Shown here one piece after another: positions 17,536-26,903 of a stretch of 64,000 nucleotides of DNA. Source of the DNA: an uncultured Gemmatimonadaceae bacterium (GTDB lineage Bacteria; Gemmatimonadota; Gemmatimonadetes; Gemmatimonadales; Gemmatimonadaceae); NCBI GenBank assembly GCA_964437225.1, contig CAYTFY010000003.1, forward strand, positions 609,077-673,076. Direction: 5' to 3'. The translations under genes were made by a program, and so were the position numbers. Under the pieces are notes generated by a model. It did not search any database. It had not been told where the DNA came from and saw nothing but the letters and a program-made list of their open reading frames with translations. Numbering within the stretch: position 1 is the first letter of the stretch; every line of letters starts with the position of its first letter.

Positions 17536-18925
17536 TTATATACCCGTCAGGAAAATCCTCACAGCCTGGTTGATCTTGGGGTCTGTTGCCATGCTCGTAT
17601 GTCCCGCGATAGGACTATCGCAAACACGGCTGACCTGGCCTGACAGTCGTGTGGATGTCACCAAATATTCGTCGTTGGAATCCTGCCTTGCAATGGCCAA
17701 GCGGGTCGGGGATAGTGTATATGCACATAGTGATACGCTGACCGATACTCTCCCCGCCACGACAATACGAATTATTGCAGTAGACACCCGTCTTGCCTCG
17801 GCGCAGGTCAAAACCGCCGTTCGGCAATGTCTCGCGCATGTTTCGCTCGAGACAGTACCGTTAAAGTACTACCTTCTGGCACAAGAACTCTATTTGATCG
17901 CGGGACAGGATACAAATGCGGTCGATATCATAAATCGAAGACTCTCCGCTGTTCCGAAGATCGATAGTGCACAACGAACAGCCGTGCTCGATACAGTGAT
18001 TCAAAAGTATGTAACGATAGCACCGTTACAGATCGAAGCAATTCATTCATGGGCCAAACAATTGGCGTCTGCGAGGCAGTTCTTGCCGTGGCAAGATCAG
18101 CTGTCATTCTACTTTCTTATGGTCGGGTACAGCAAGCAGTTTGATCGTGATGCGCAGGTTCAACAATACGGGCAAGAATTACTCACGATTGCTCGGTCGT
18201 TACTTGATACTCTGAAATTATCGGAAGACCGCGAAAGTGTTCGGCAAATGATGCTGTTTGCCAAACGCATGATGTTGCATGATGTGTTACTCGATAGTTT
18301 ACGCAAGAGTACAGCATCATACGCCAACCTGCGAGCGCAGATGGCTGCTGAGGTACAGCAAATAGATCTGAAAGAAAGCGCGAGTCTGATCTCCCCGGGA
18401 CACCAAGCTCCCGAATTGAATGGCGATTTTGTTTTTCCCGCCACAGCACGAAACGATCGGTTGCCGAGAGCGGGAAAGACGTCGTTGGTCATACGGGTGT
18501 TGGGTGATCAACGACGTCAGATTAGGGAGTTCTCTCGTAATGTGGTGATCCGTCGACTTAAGCGGCAATTCCCGGACCTCGATATCATTGTTGTCGCAAC
18601 AACAACGGGGGCGGTTGTGCCGCTTGTCCCTCCGTCGCCTGCAGAAGAAGCCGAGTTGTTTAACAAGATGCTCTTCGATTATGGGAAAGTTCCTGTTACA
18701 CTGGTGGTGAGTTCTCCGCCATTCATCCGGGTCCCAGATCCTGATCGACGACGACTTAATCAACCTTCCGAATTGGAAGAGCGGTGGAGTTGGTTGCCGT
18801 ATATTGGAAGTGCTGTGCTGATCGATAAAGCAGGTATGATTGTGGATGCTTTCTCGATGGATTTTTACGAGAAAGAGTTGATGGAGTTGATTCAGGTGGT
18901 GTATGAGCGAGATCAGGGAGGCTGA
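17525..18925 (+). CDS. Cassette-terminal secreted protein; helical N-domain plus CxxC-less thioredoxin-like C-domain (cassette 1)
   Basis: Signal-like start (LTAWLILGSVAMLVCPAIGLSQ). Motif TWPDSRVDVTKYSSLESCLAMA. C-terminal SLVIRVLGD...LDIIVVATT...VPDPDRRRLNQP...VLIDKAGMIVDAF. Confidence 0.7.
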   Translation: MPYNYIPVRKILTAWLILGSVAMLVCPAIGLSQTRLTWPDSRVDVTKYSSLESCLAMAKRVGDSVYAHSDTLTDTLPATTIRIIAVDTRLASAQVKTAVRQCLAHVSLETVPLKYYLLAQELYLIAGQDTNAVDIINRRLSAVPKIDSAQRTAVLDTVIQKYVTIAPLQIEAIHSWAKQLASARQFLPWQDQLSFYFLMVGYSKQFDRDAQVQQYGQELLTIARSLLDTLKLSEDRESVRQMMLFAKRMMLHDVLLDSLRKSTASYANLRAQMAAEVQQIDLKESASLISPGHQAPELNGDFVFPATARNDRLPRAGKTSLVIRVLGDQRRQIREFSRNVVIRRLKRQFPDLDIIVVATTTGAVVPLVPPSPAEEAELFNKMLFDYGKVPVTLVVSSPPFIRVPDPDRRRLNQPSELEERWSWLPYIGSAVLIDKAGMIVDAFSMDFYEKELMELIQVVYERDQGG

Positions 18926-19192
18926 GCCGCGTGTGCCTTGAAGCAAGACTGGTAACACTTCAAGATGGTTACGTACTTCAGTGACGGTATAAACAGATAT
19001 GTCGCGAACTAATGATATCCGCCGTTTAATCTCAGCCTTGCGCCGTTTCATGTTTCGACGTACCGTACTAAATCAGAGTTAATCCACGAATTCTGAGCAT
19101 TCGTGGCATTATTCTAATTTGCTTGACGTTTTCTCTCGTATCATCAACACCTGTCGCATACACCCCGTCTTTGCGCTTGAGCGAGTCTTGTG

Positions 19193-19879
19193 ATGTCATT
19201 GCCATTTGACCTGCGCGGATACCTTGCGTCGGCAGAATTCTCAGATGCTGACGGAGGGTATTCCGAAAGTCGTGTGAGAGGAACGCCGAGCCGTCCTTCG
19301 CGAGCGATTCATGTCCCTTCCGAAATTGTGGCTGGGGTACAGAGCCAGGACGCCGAAGCTTTCCGGGAACTTGTCCGGCTGACTTATATCCCACTGGTTC
19401 GCTTTGGCAGGACAATCGTTGGCTCCCGGGATGAAGCGGAAGATGTAGTGCAAGACGTGTTCGCTTTGCTCTGGGATCGAAGCGCTCAATGGCAGCCTTC
19501 GGTCGATCCGGCCGCGTACTTGTTTCGAGCGGTGCGCAATCACGCCCTAAACGAGGTTCGCCGTCAGGACCGCGCCGTTCGGCGAGCCCAGCGAGCAGAA
19601 GAGTCGGTCGTTGGGCGTGATCGTTCTGATGGGTCTCCGAGTGTTCTCGAACACATAATCGACGATGAAGTACATGCTACGCACGCTAGAGCGATTGCGG
19701 CAGTTCTTGCTAGTTGCACGGAACGGCAGCGGACGGTGTATGACCTTAGATATTCACGAGGGTTTTCAGCCGCTGAGGTTGCCGCGGTCCTGGAGATCAC
19801 TCCGAAGAGTGCAGCAAAACTCATTGGGCGTGTAACCCACTTGGTTGTAGATCGGCTCCGGCAAGAATTAAAAAAATAA
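19193..19879 (+). CDS. ECF-type sigma factor with an N-terminal extension of about 45 aa (cassette 2)
   Basis: Region 2 is DVVQDVFALLWDRSAQW. Region 4 is CTERQRTVYDLRYSRGFSAAEVAAVLEITPKSAAKLIGR. The N-terminal FDLRGYLASAEFSDADGG is conserved in the cassette 4 sigma. Confidence 0.85.
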   Translation: MSLPFDLRGYLASAEFSDADGGYSESRVRGTPSRPSRAIHVPSEIVAGVQSQDAEAFRELVRLTYIPLVRFGRTIVGSRDEAEDVVQDVFALLWDRSAQWQPSVDPAAYLFRAVRNHALNEVRRQDRAVRRAQRAEESVVGRDRSDGSPSVLEHIIDDEVHATHARAIAAVLASCTERQRTVYDLRYSRGFSAAEVAAVLEITPKSAAKLIGRVTHLVVDRLRQELKK

Positions 19880-19929
19880 AATAGACGGGAGTATGGGGTA
19901 ATTTCGATTGGTGGTGGTGTCTCCTGTAC

Positions 19930-21066
19930 ATGAGCGACACTGCGTTTTCCCTTCCGAAGCCCACTGATGCAAGTCCTGCCGATCGTCTGGTCGAGTTGTA
20001 TCTGGCCGGCGAATGCACTCTCACAGAACAGGCTGCGATGGAACGATGGATTTCGGCAAATCCAGAGATTGGTAGCATCTTCCGATCACTGCGGGCCTAC
20101 AGTAACGACCAGGCGAGCCTCCCAAGTGGTCCTGAAGTCCTGGAAGGAGTTCGCGCAGTCGTCAACCGAATTCCTGCTATTTCCGCTCCCTCTACTGTCA
20201 GGGGACACGACCTCCCCTCCCAACAAATCCCCGGCCCAGGCCAGTCCAAACTCGGGACATGGGCTCGTGCGATTGCAAAGCCATGGTTAGGGGTTGGGAT
20301 CATTACCAGCGCCATCCTCATTTTCTTCAGCCCCATGTGGTCGTCACACACTCGGAGTGAACAGCGCGTCTATTCCACGACGACACACACGGCACAGCTG
20401 ACCCTGGATGACGGCACCGAAGTGATCCTTGCACCGAGAACAACGCTTCGGCTGTTGAGATTCAACACGCAGGCCCGCACGGTATCTATCGATGGAGAAG
20501 CCCGTTTTACCGTCGTCCAAAGTGAAGGTGTCCCATTTGTAGTACAGGCACGAGGTGTTCAGACCCGGGTCCTGGGTACCACGTTCGTCGTCCGTCGTTA
20601 TGCAACCGATACAGTGGCCCATATCTCGGTGGCGACAGGGAAAGTGGTCGTCATTCCCGAACCACATCCGGATCGTGGTGCTGTACTTACCGCTGGTCAC
20701 GGTGTGATCGTCAGCGAGTCCGCTGTCACGAACGTTGACGTAACACGGTATCCGGAATGGCTCGGCTCTGAATTTGTCTTCAGCGAAACTCCGGCGAGCG
20801 ACGTGCTGGAGTCGTTATCCCGGTGGTACGGATACGATTTCAACCTGAATGATTCTTCTATTGCGCGTGAGATCATCACCGTGAGCATCAATACGACGTC
20901 CCCTCAAAATGCACTGTCGACACTCGCGCTCTGTCTTGGCGTCACTATTCGTGTCGAAGCGAACATCGTAACACTAACTCGGCAGTCCGGTACACAGACT
21001 TCTGCACAGACTTCCAGGCAGGAAGCTCAGGCCAAAATCGTGGTTAGCCCTATGGATGACAAATGA
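19930..21066 (+). CDS. FecR-family anti-sigma factor (cassette 2)
   Basis: Contains LVELYLAGECTLTEQAAMERWISANP. TM segment LGVGIITSAILIFF. FecR domain (LTLDDGTEVILAPRTTL...IDGEARFTV...TRVLGTTFVVRRY). Confidence 0.85.
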   Translation: MSDTAFSLPKPTDASPADRLVELYLAGECTLTEQAAMERWISANPEIGSIFRSLRAYSNDQASLPSGPEVLEGVRAVVNRIPAISAPSTVRGHDLPSQQIPGPGQSKLGTWARAIAKPWLGVGIITSAILIFFSPMWSSHTRSEQRVYSTTTHTAQLTLDDGTEVILAPRTTLRLLRFNTQARTVSIDGEARFTVVQSEGVPFVVQARGVQTRVLGTTFVVRRYATDTVAHISVATGKVVVIPEPHPDRGAVLTAGHGVIVSESAVTNVDVTRYPEWLGSEFVFSETPASDVLESLSRWYGYDFNLNDSSIAREIITVSINTTSPQNALSTLALCLGVTIRVEANIVTLTRQSGTQTSAQTSRQEAQAKIVVSPMDDK

Positions 21067-24000
21067 TACTAGTCTTTTCGCCGACGTCTGTTCGTCATGC
21101 TGTCCTGAAAGCCAATCTGGCGGTCGTGTTCATGTCATTCGTTCTTGGAACGATCATGAACGCTCAGCGGGCACCGGTTCCCGAGCCGGAAAATACGAAG
21201 CCAGCAATGATCGACACGTTGCTCAATCGTCTCGTGACTGTACATGTAACTGACGTATCCCGGAGCGATGCACTCAAGGCGATCTCGTCCCAGACGAATA
21301 TCCTGATTCAATATCGGACAGGGTTGTTGGCTTCCTTCAAAGGTACCGTCACCATTCAAGTCGACAAAGTTCCACTGCGTGATGTCATTGGTCAGGTGCT
21401 CGCTGGTACGAGATTGAAGGTAGTCAGTGACTCGAATGGTCGACTCGTGATCGTAGAAACGTTGCCCGATGCGAAGACTTCCCGCACCGATGCGACTGGA
21501 ACGGTGACAGGGATAGTCCTGGATTCCGCAAGTGGTCAAAGAATACCGGGAGCAACGGTAACAATTTCGGGAACGAAGTTGACGTCAGTAACCGATCTGG
21601 ACGGAGCATTTATGATGAAACTTGTGCCAGTCGGATCCCAGACCGTTGTCGTCAAAATGTTAGGATATATCTCGGTGAAACGTTCCGTTCGCGTGAGCGA
21701 TAATCAGCAGAGTACGCTTCGAATTGCGCTCAGGCCCAACACAACAACTTTATCAGAAGTCGTGACCACCGCGACAGGAATGCAGCGAAAGATCGAAGTC
21801 GGAAATGCAATTACGTCGATCAATGTCGATTCAGTAATGCGAGTCGCTCCAATTCAAACCCTTACCGATCTCTTGGAGTCACGCGTCCCGGGATTGACGG
21901 TTCAGCGTACATCTGGTGCTCCGGGGGATCCGTCCCGACTACGACTACGTGGTGCTGCCAGCGTGACCGGAAACAACGATCCGATCGTGATTGTCGATGG
22001 TGTGCGAGTGTATGCGGCACAATCCGACATACGAAATACAAATCTTACCAATACCGGATACGCGGCGCCGTCGCCGTTGGATCAGATCGATCCGAATAGT
22101 ATCGAGACGATCGACGTGTTCAAAGGTCCATCTGCCTCCTCGATGTATGGTTCAGATGCCGCAAATGGTGTTATCGTCATCACCACCAAACGAGGACGAG
22201 CTGGACCGGCGCGTTGGACCGCCTCGATCAATCAGGGCGTGGCGTATATTCCTGGAAAATACCCTGTAGGGTTGTTCCGGTTTGGAAGTTCCATTGGGCA
22301 AGTTGGTGCATCCGGGCGATGCTCCATTTTCGACTTGTTGTGTCAGTTGGACAGCGTCGTGCGGTTCCAGGCACTAAACGATCCGAAGTATACAGTCCTG
22401 GGAACCGGCTTGGAATCTGGAGTGAGTACATCTGTGTCTGGTGGGACACAGGCACTTCAGTACGCGGTAACCGCGAGCGGAGGGAACAACCGAGGATTGC
22501 TCAAACTCCCATCCTCTGCTGCTCAACGATATAAAGACATACTCGGCAGCTCACCTCCATCGTGGATGCACCATCCAGATCTCTACCGAACCTGGAGCGG
22601 GGAAGGGACCGTAACGGCGCAAATCAATCCAGCGTTGCAGATTGGTTTCACCAGCGCACTGTTCAACAGTAACCAACATCGGAGTTCACTGGGGCTTGGA
22701 GCGATTCCAACGCTCATGGCCCAGTATATCGATCCGGTAGTCTTCAACACGTCGGAGTTGATCAAGTTTTATGAGAAGATCAGCGCCAGCAATTTGAATT
22801 CGACCCATACCGCGCGATTGAATTGGCGTGTGACGCCTTGGCTCCCGGTGACAGCGACAGCCGGACTCAATATCATGAATCGAATGGACGAAGCCGTGAT
22901 CCCTCGTGGCGCGTCCCCATTACCCATCGACAGTCTCGGAGCATTTAGTATAGGGCGCGGCTCCGCGGTCAATCGGTCGTTTGCCTTGAATGGACAAATC
23001 CCGACCTGGGGAGACTATGTAACTTCCATGATTGGTCTGAACTTGGTGAATGAATCGATTACAGACATCGTCAGCACGACTGGAGATCAGGGGATTCCTA
23101 ACGGAGTATCTCGCCCGACGTTGTTTTCGCAATCGACCGAAAGAACATCAGGCCGCACGACATTCGGATGGTTCATTGAACCACGAATCAACGTCAAGTC
23201 ACGATTCTTCGTAATGCCTGGGTTTCGGTTAGACAACAACGGTCTGGCTGGATCTGACGCAAAGCTAATGGGGTTGCCGAAAATGAACTTTTCGTGGGTG
23301 GCATCTGACGAATCATTCTTTCCCTTGCAAAACATCATTTCATTATTTCGGCTCCGCGCCGGTTTTGGAACCGCAGGGGTCCAACCCGGTCCAACAGCCC
23401 GTCTACGATTATTCTCGACGTTAATGGGGAACCAGAATTTAGCGGAGTTTTATGGTAACTCAATTATTATGACACAGCTTGGAAACACCCAGTTGCGTCC
23501 CGAGCGCTCAACGGAGTTCGAGGGTGGCTTTGATGCGGATCTCTGGAATGGCCGACTCCGCGTCGAGATGACCGGATATCGCAAAGTACGCCATGACGCT
23601 ATCGTCTCCGCTCCCTTGGCCCCATCGGTATTTACATCCGGTAGTAATTATTACAATGCCAATATTGGTGTCGTTCGCAACACGGGAGGGGACATGACGC
23701 TCAACGCACAACTCATTGAATCCCAAAGCGTTGGGTGGCAGATGGGATTCTCGGTGAGCCAGAACGACAATCTTGTGACTCGACTCAACGCCGGCCAGAC
23801 GTCCGTTATGGTAGTTGGTGTCGGCGTCTCTACGCGAGTCACGCCAGGATACCCACTCTTTGGCCGGTGGGCAAACCCCATCGTTGGATATGCCGATGCC
23901 GATGGCGATGGTCGTATTATCGCCAGTGAAGTCGTTGTTGGAGATTCCGCAGTATATCTGGGAAGATCAGAACCGAAAAACACGATGGCGTTAAGCAACA

Positions 24001-24434
24001 ATCTGACAATGTTTGGAGGCCGGATACAGTTTAATACACAGTTCAGTTACACAGGCGCTATGGCGCAATACAATGAGGTGATGAGTGCATTGACGAGTCC
24101 GTTGAATCTCGCGGCCAATGATCCCAATGCTCCCTTTGCTCAACAAGCGGCTGCTGCGGCTAGCGCTGTAACCCCGTACGGACTGATTCAGACCGTCACT
24201 ACATTCCGATTTCAATCGGCATCGGCAAGCTACGTGGTGAACCCGGCGTTGGCGCGGCGCTTGGGCGCACGTAACATGACGCTCGCATTGCAAGGAAGCA
24301 ATCTCTGGCTCAGGACCGGATATCGTGGAAAAGACCCCAATGTTAATTCAGTGCCGTACGGGAATGATGCTGTAGATGGAGGCGCTCTTCCTCAGCCCCG
24401 TACGTGGTCGCTCAGAATCATGTTGGGGAATTAG
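21063..24434 (+). CDS. SusC-like TonB-dependent transducer with STN domain (cassette 2)
   Basis: ATGA overlap with the FecR stop. STN (VTVHVTDVSRSDALKAISSQTNILIQY). CarboxypepD_reg (GIVLDSASGQRIPGATVTISGTKL). Plug (DPIVIVDGVRVY, IETIDVFKGPSASSMYGSDAANGVIVITTKRG). Barrel end LQGSNLWLRTGYRGKDPNVNS...PRTWSLRIMLGN. Confidence 0.9.
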   Translation: MILVFSPTSVRHAVLKANLAVVFMSFVLGTIMNAQRAPVPEPENTKPAMIDTLLNRLVTVHVTDVSRSDALKAISSQTNILIQYRTGLLASFKGTVTIQVDKVPLRDVIGQVLAGTRLKVVSDSNGRLVIVETLPDAKTSRTDATGTVTGIVLDSASGQRIPGATVTISGTKLTSVTDLDGAFMMKLVPVGSQTVVVKMLGYISVKRSVRVSDNQQSTLRIALRPNTTTLSEVVTTATGMQRKIEVGNAITSINVDSVMRVAPIQTLTDLLESRVPGLTVQRTSGAPGDPSRLRLRGAASVTGNNDPIVIVDGVRVYAAQSDIRNTNLTNTGYAAPSPLDQIDPNSIETIDVFKGPSASSMYGSDAANGVIVITTKRGRAGPARWTASINQGVAYIPGKYPVGLFRFGSSIGQVGASGRCSIFDLLCQLDSVVRFQALNDPKYTVLGTGLESGVSTSVSGGTQALQYAVTASGGNNRGLLKLPSSAAQRYKDILGSSPPSWMHHPDLYRTWSGEGTVTAQINPALQIGFTSALFNSNQHRSSLGLGAIPTLMAQYIDPVVFNTSELIKFYEKISASNLNSTHTARLNWRVTPWLPVTATAGLNIMNRMDEAVIPRGASPLPIDSLGAFSIGRGSAVNRSFALNGQIPTWGDYVTSMIGLNLVNESITDIVSTTGDQGIPNGVSRPTLFSQSTERTSGRTTFGWFIEPRINVKSRFFVMPGFRLDNNGLAGSDAKLMGLPKMNFSWVASDESFFPLQNIISLFRLRAGFGTAGVQPGPTARLRLFSTLMGNQNLAEFYGNSIIMTQLGNTQLRPERSTEFEGGFDADLWNGRLRVEMTGYRKVRHDAIVSAPLAPSVFTSGSNYYNANIGVVRNTGGDMTLNAQLIESQSVGWQMGFSVSQNDNLVTRLNAGQTSVMVVGVGVSTRVTPGYPLFGRWANPIVGYADADGDGRIIASEVVVGDSAVYLGRSEPKNTMALSNNLTMFGGRIQFNTQFSYTGAMAQYNEVMSALTSPLNLAANDPNAPFAQQAAAAASAVTPYGLIQTVTTFRFQSASASYVVNPALARRLGARNMTLALQGSNLWLRTGYRGKDPNVNSVPYGNDAVDGGALPQPRTWSLRIMLGN

Positions 24435-24436
24435 AT

Positions 24437-25873
24437 ATGAGATTGAAAAGGAATAGAAGTAAGCAAGGCTTCCGGCCGAATAGCATCATCCTCCGTTCGT
24501 ATGCACACATCTTCGCGGCCATGTTGATCGTCGTACAAACCGCCTGTCAAGATATGTCTCCGCCACTTCCAGCAGGGACAATGGGTCCGAATACAGTCCG
24601 GACATCAGCGGGCGCATTGGCGATGCACAAAGGTGCGTTGAGTATCGCGCACACGGGATTTGTGTATTTCCTAATGGCGACGGGGCGTTTGACTGATGAA
24701 TTAATGACAGTCTCATCACTTTCCCCACAGAATACGGGGGGAGGACCTGACGTCCGTAACTTTGATCGTGGTCCAGGAGATTTTCAAGACCAATATACGT
24801 ACACGGCACTACACGGAATTCGGAACACGACTAGCCTGGCGATTATTGCGCTGGAACGATACGCTCCGGACAGCCCTCCCGCGCTTCGAGGTGAACTTTT
24901 CGCGTGGCAAGGGTTCTCCGAAGTCATGTTAGCTGAAATGTATTGTTCTGGTATTCCGCTGAGTACCGTCGATTTCGACGGGGATTGGACATATCGTGCG
25001 GGATCAGCAGACAGCGTCGTGTTTCGTCACGCAATTACATTGTTTGATACAGCGATCGTCTTGAGTCGAGATAGTGCGTACGTGAACTACTTCGCGAGGA
25101 TTGGCAAGGCGCGAGCGCTGGTTGGCTTAGGCGAATTTGCAGAAGCGGCCCAAGTGGTGGCTGATGTGCCGAATGGGTATCGATATACCATTCTCAATCC
25201 GAGCACAATATCTGACGCAACAGAGTGGCGGATGTTAAAATCCGACAACACCATTTCCGACCGCGAAGGTGGGAATGGATTGCCGTTTCGAAGTTCGAAA
25301 GACCCACGCTCGTTAGTGCATTCGCGGGCCAAGCAGCAGTTTTGGATTGATTCGCAATATGTTGCCGTCAAATACGATATTCCCATCCCCAATGGTATCG
25401 TCGCGGATGCAATAGAAGCTCGGCTCATTGCCGCTGAAGCCGACTTGCGTGCCTCTGGGACGCAATGGCTGACCATGCTGAATGCGCTGCGTACCGATGG
25501 AACGTTCACGGTTTCTTCACCTAACCCATCCGGAGACGTTGATACACTATGGCATGCAGGTACAGGAGGCGTTGATGGACTTCGCCCATTGCGTGATCCT
25601 GCGCTCGATCACATTCCAGCGGGTAAGGCCGCCAGTGACGTGCGTATCGATCTTCTGTTCGCGGAACGTGGCTATTGGATGTTTCTCACCGGGCACCACC
25701 AGGGCGATCTTCGTCGGCTCGTTCGGTATGATCGACGTAATTCAGAAACAGTCTATCCAACGGGCCGATATGGGTTCTCCTTGACATATGGTCGCGATGT
25801 CGTCGTCCCTGTACCAGAATCGGAACAACAGTTGAATCCATCCTATCGAGGATGTCTTGACAGGAATGCATAA
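24437..25873 (+). CDS. SusD/RagB-like lipoprotein (cassette 2)
   Basis: Start at MRLKRNRSKQ with lipobox LIVVQTAC. Contains EVMLAEMYCSGIPLST and ERGYWMFLTGHHQGDLRRL. Confidence 0.75.
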   Translation: MRLKRNRSKQGFRPNSIILRSYAHIFAAMLIVVQTACQDMSPPLPAGTMGPNTVRTSAGALAMHKGALSIAHTGFVYFLMATGRLTDELMTVSSLSPQNTGGGPDVRNFDRGPGDFQDQYTYTALHGIRNTTSLAIIALERYAPDSPPALRGELFAWQGFSEVMLAEMYCSGIPLSTVDFDGDWTYRAGSADSVVFRHAITLFDTAIVLSRDSAYVNYFARIGKARALVGLGEFAEAAQVVADVPNGYRYTILNPSTISDATEWRMLKSDNTISDREGGNGLPFRSSKDPRSLVHSRAKQQFWIDSQYVAVKYDIPIPNGIVADAIEARLIAAEADLRASGTQWLTMLNALRTDGTFTVSSPNPSGDVDTLWHAGTGGVDGLRPLRDPALDHIPAGKAASDVRIDLLFAERGYWMFLTGHHQGDLRRLVRYDRRNSETVYPTGRYGFSLTYGRDVVVPVPESEQQLNPSYRGCLDRNA

Positions 25874-25876
25874 CCA

Positions 25877-26890
25877 ATGAATTCGCAAAATATGAACGGC
25901 AATGCTATCCGTTGTTTCCTGCACTTCATAGGAATTTACTGCCTCTTGCTCGTAGCGACCGGATGCGGCGATACAACGAAGTCTGTAACAACCGTGGTTC
26001 CTCCCGATCAACTCTTCTGGGCGTTGACAATCAACTATCCATCGGTCAATCTTTCGACGGAAGCTCCCTATGATACCGTGCAACTTGTTGCCATGCCACG
26101 CAACGTGTATGGTGAGATCCTTCCCAACGCTCCCGCGGCTAGCTTTGCGCAACCGCAAGACGCATCTGTTCGTGTGACCACCAATGGCTTGGTGACCGGA
26201 CTCAGTCACCAGGCCAACTCCGAAGGCACAAAAGTCGTTGGCACTCTGACCTACAATGGCGTTACGCGGACGACCAACACGTTCGTAACGGTAACCGAAT
26301 TGCATGGACCACCACCAACGTTGGCACAGCTGTCCATTCATCTCCCGCCGGACGATCGATACGAAGTGAATACCTGTGGTGCCTGTATTGTTCAGGTAGC
26401 ACGTCAGCTCCCGTTGATAGCAACAGACATCAATAATCAACCAATCGATCGCCTCAACGTCCAGTGGACTTCTTCCGATACGTCGATCCTTTTGGTCGAT
26501 CAAACAGGATTAGTCACCGGACTTCGACCTGGGAAGGCTTCCATTGTGGCGAGCGCCAATGCATACGGAGTGGCCATGCGCGATTCGATCCAATTGACAG
26601 CGACCGCGCCGAGAGATGTGGTGATCTGGCTGCTCGCTCTCGATGTGTCTCGGACATTTGCGGTCACAATCCCCGTTGGAGGCGAAGTCTTTTGGGTCAA
26701 CAATGTCACCGATACTCTGGACGTTGTATTCGATGCTCCCGATGCCGCCGAGGAGTCACCGTCGTTGCCGAGCGGTGTTGGCAACTTCCGTGTGGCGAGT
26801 GACTTTTCCGCACGTGCTTTTTACCACGCAGGGGTATATCGGTGGCACAGTACAAAATATCCAATTAGCGGCACCATTACCGTCAAATAA
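25877..26890 (+). CDS. Big_2-like / cupredoxin-like surface lipoprotein (cassette 2)
   Basis: Lipobox CLLLVATGC. Contains LSTEAPYDTVQLVAMPRNVYGE. C-terminus VGGEVFWVNNVTDTLDVVFDAP...AGVYRWHSTKYPISGTITVK. Confidence 0.7.
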   Translation: MNSQNMNGNAIRCFLHFIGIYCLLLVATGCGDTTKSVTTVVPPDQLFWALTINYPSVNLSTEAPYDTVQLVAMPRNVYGEILPNAPAASFAQPQDASVRVTTNGLVTGLSHQANSEGTKVVGTLTYNGVTRTTNTFVTVTELHGPPPTLAQLSIHLPPDDRYEVNTCGACIVQVARQLPLIATDINNQPIDRLNVQWTSSDTSILLVDQTGLVTGLRPGKASIVASANAYGVAMRDSIQLTATAPRDVVIWLLALDVSRTFAVTIPVGGEVFWVNNVTDTLDVVFDAPDAAEESPSLPSGVGNFRVASDFSARAFYHAGVYRWHSTKYPISGTITVK

Positions 26891-26903
26891 CGTCTCTCTT
26901 CGA

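Noticed and set aside
18976-18987. The cttcagt(t/g)a(g/c)gg tail motif of the hairpin elements also appears downstream of the cassette 1 terminal gene.
   Set aside because: Only a core of 7-9 nt is shared, which is expected by chance several times in 64 kb. The 14-mer core and hairpin are absent there.
26643-26903. Long N-terminal extensions given by the ORF track. They affect TldD-like 26643, lipoprotein 38796, PmbA-like 41713, SusD 37678/24404/60578/11928, TIR 51501 and VOC 32230.
   Set aside because: The extensions overlap the preceding gene or read as low-complexity, non-coding-like sequence. Internal ATGs give proper Tat, lipobox or signal N-termini, or align with paralogs.
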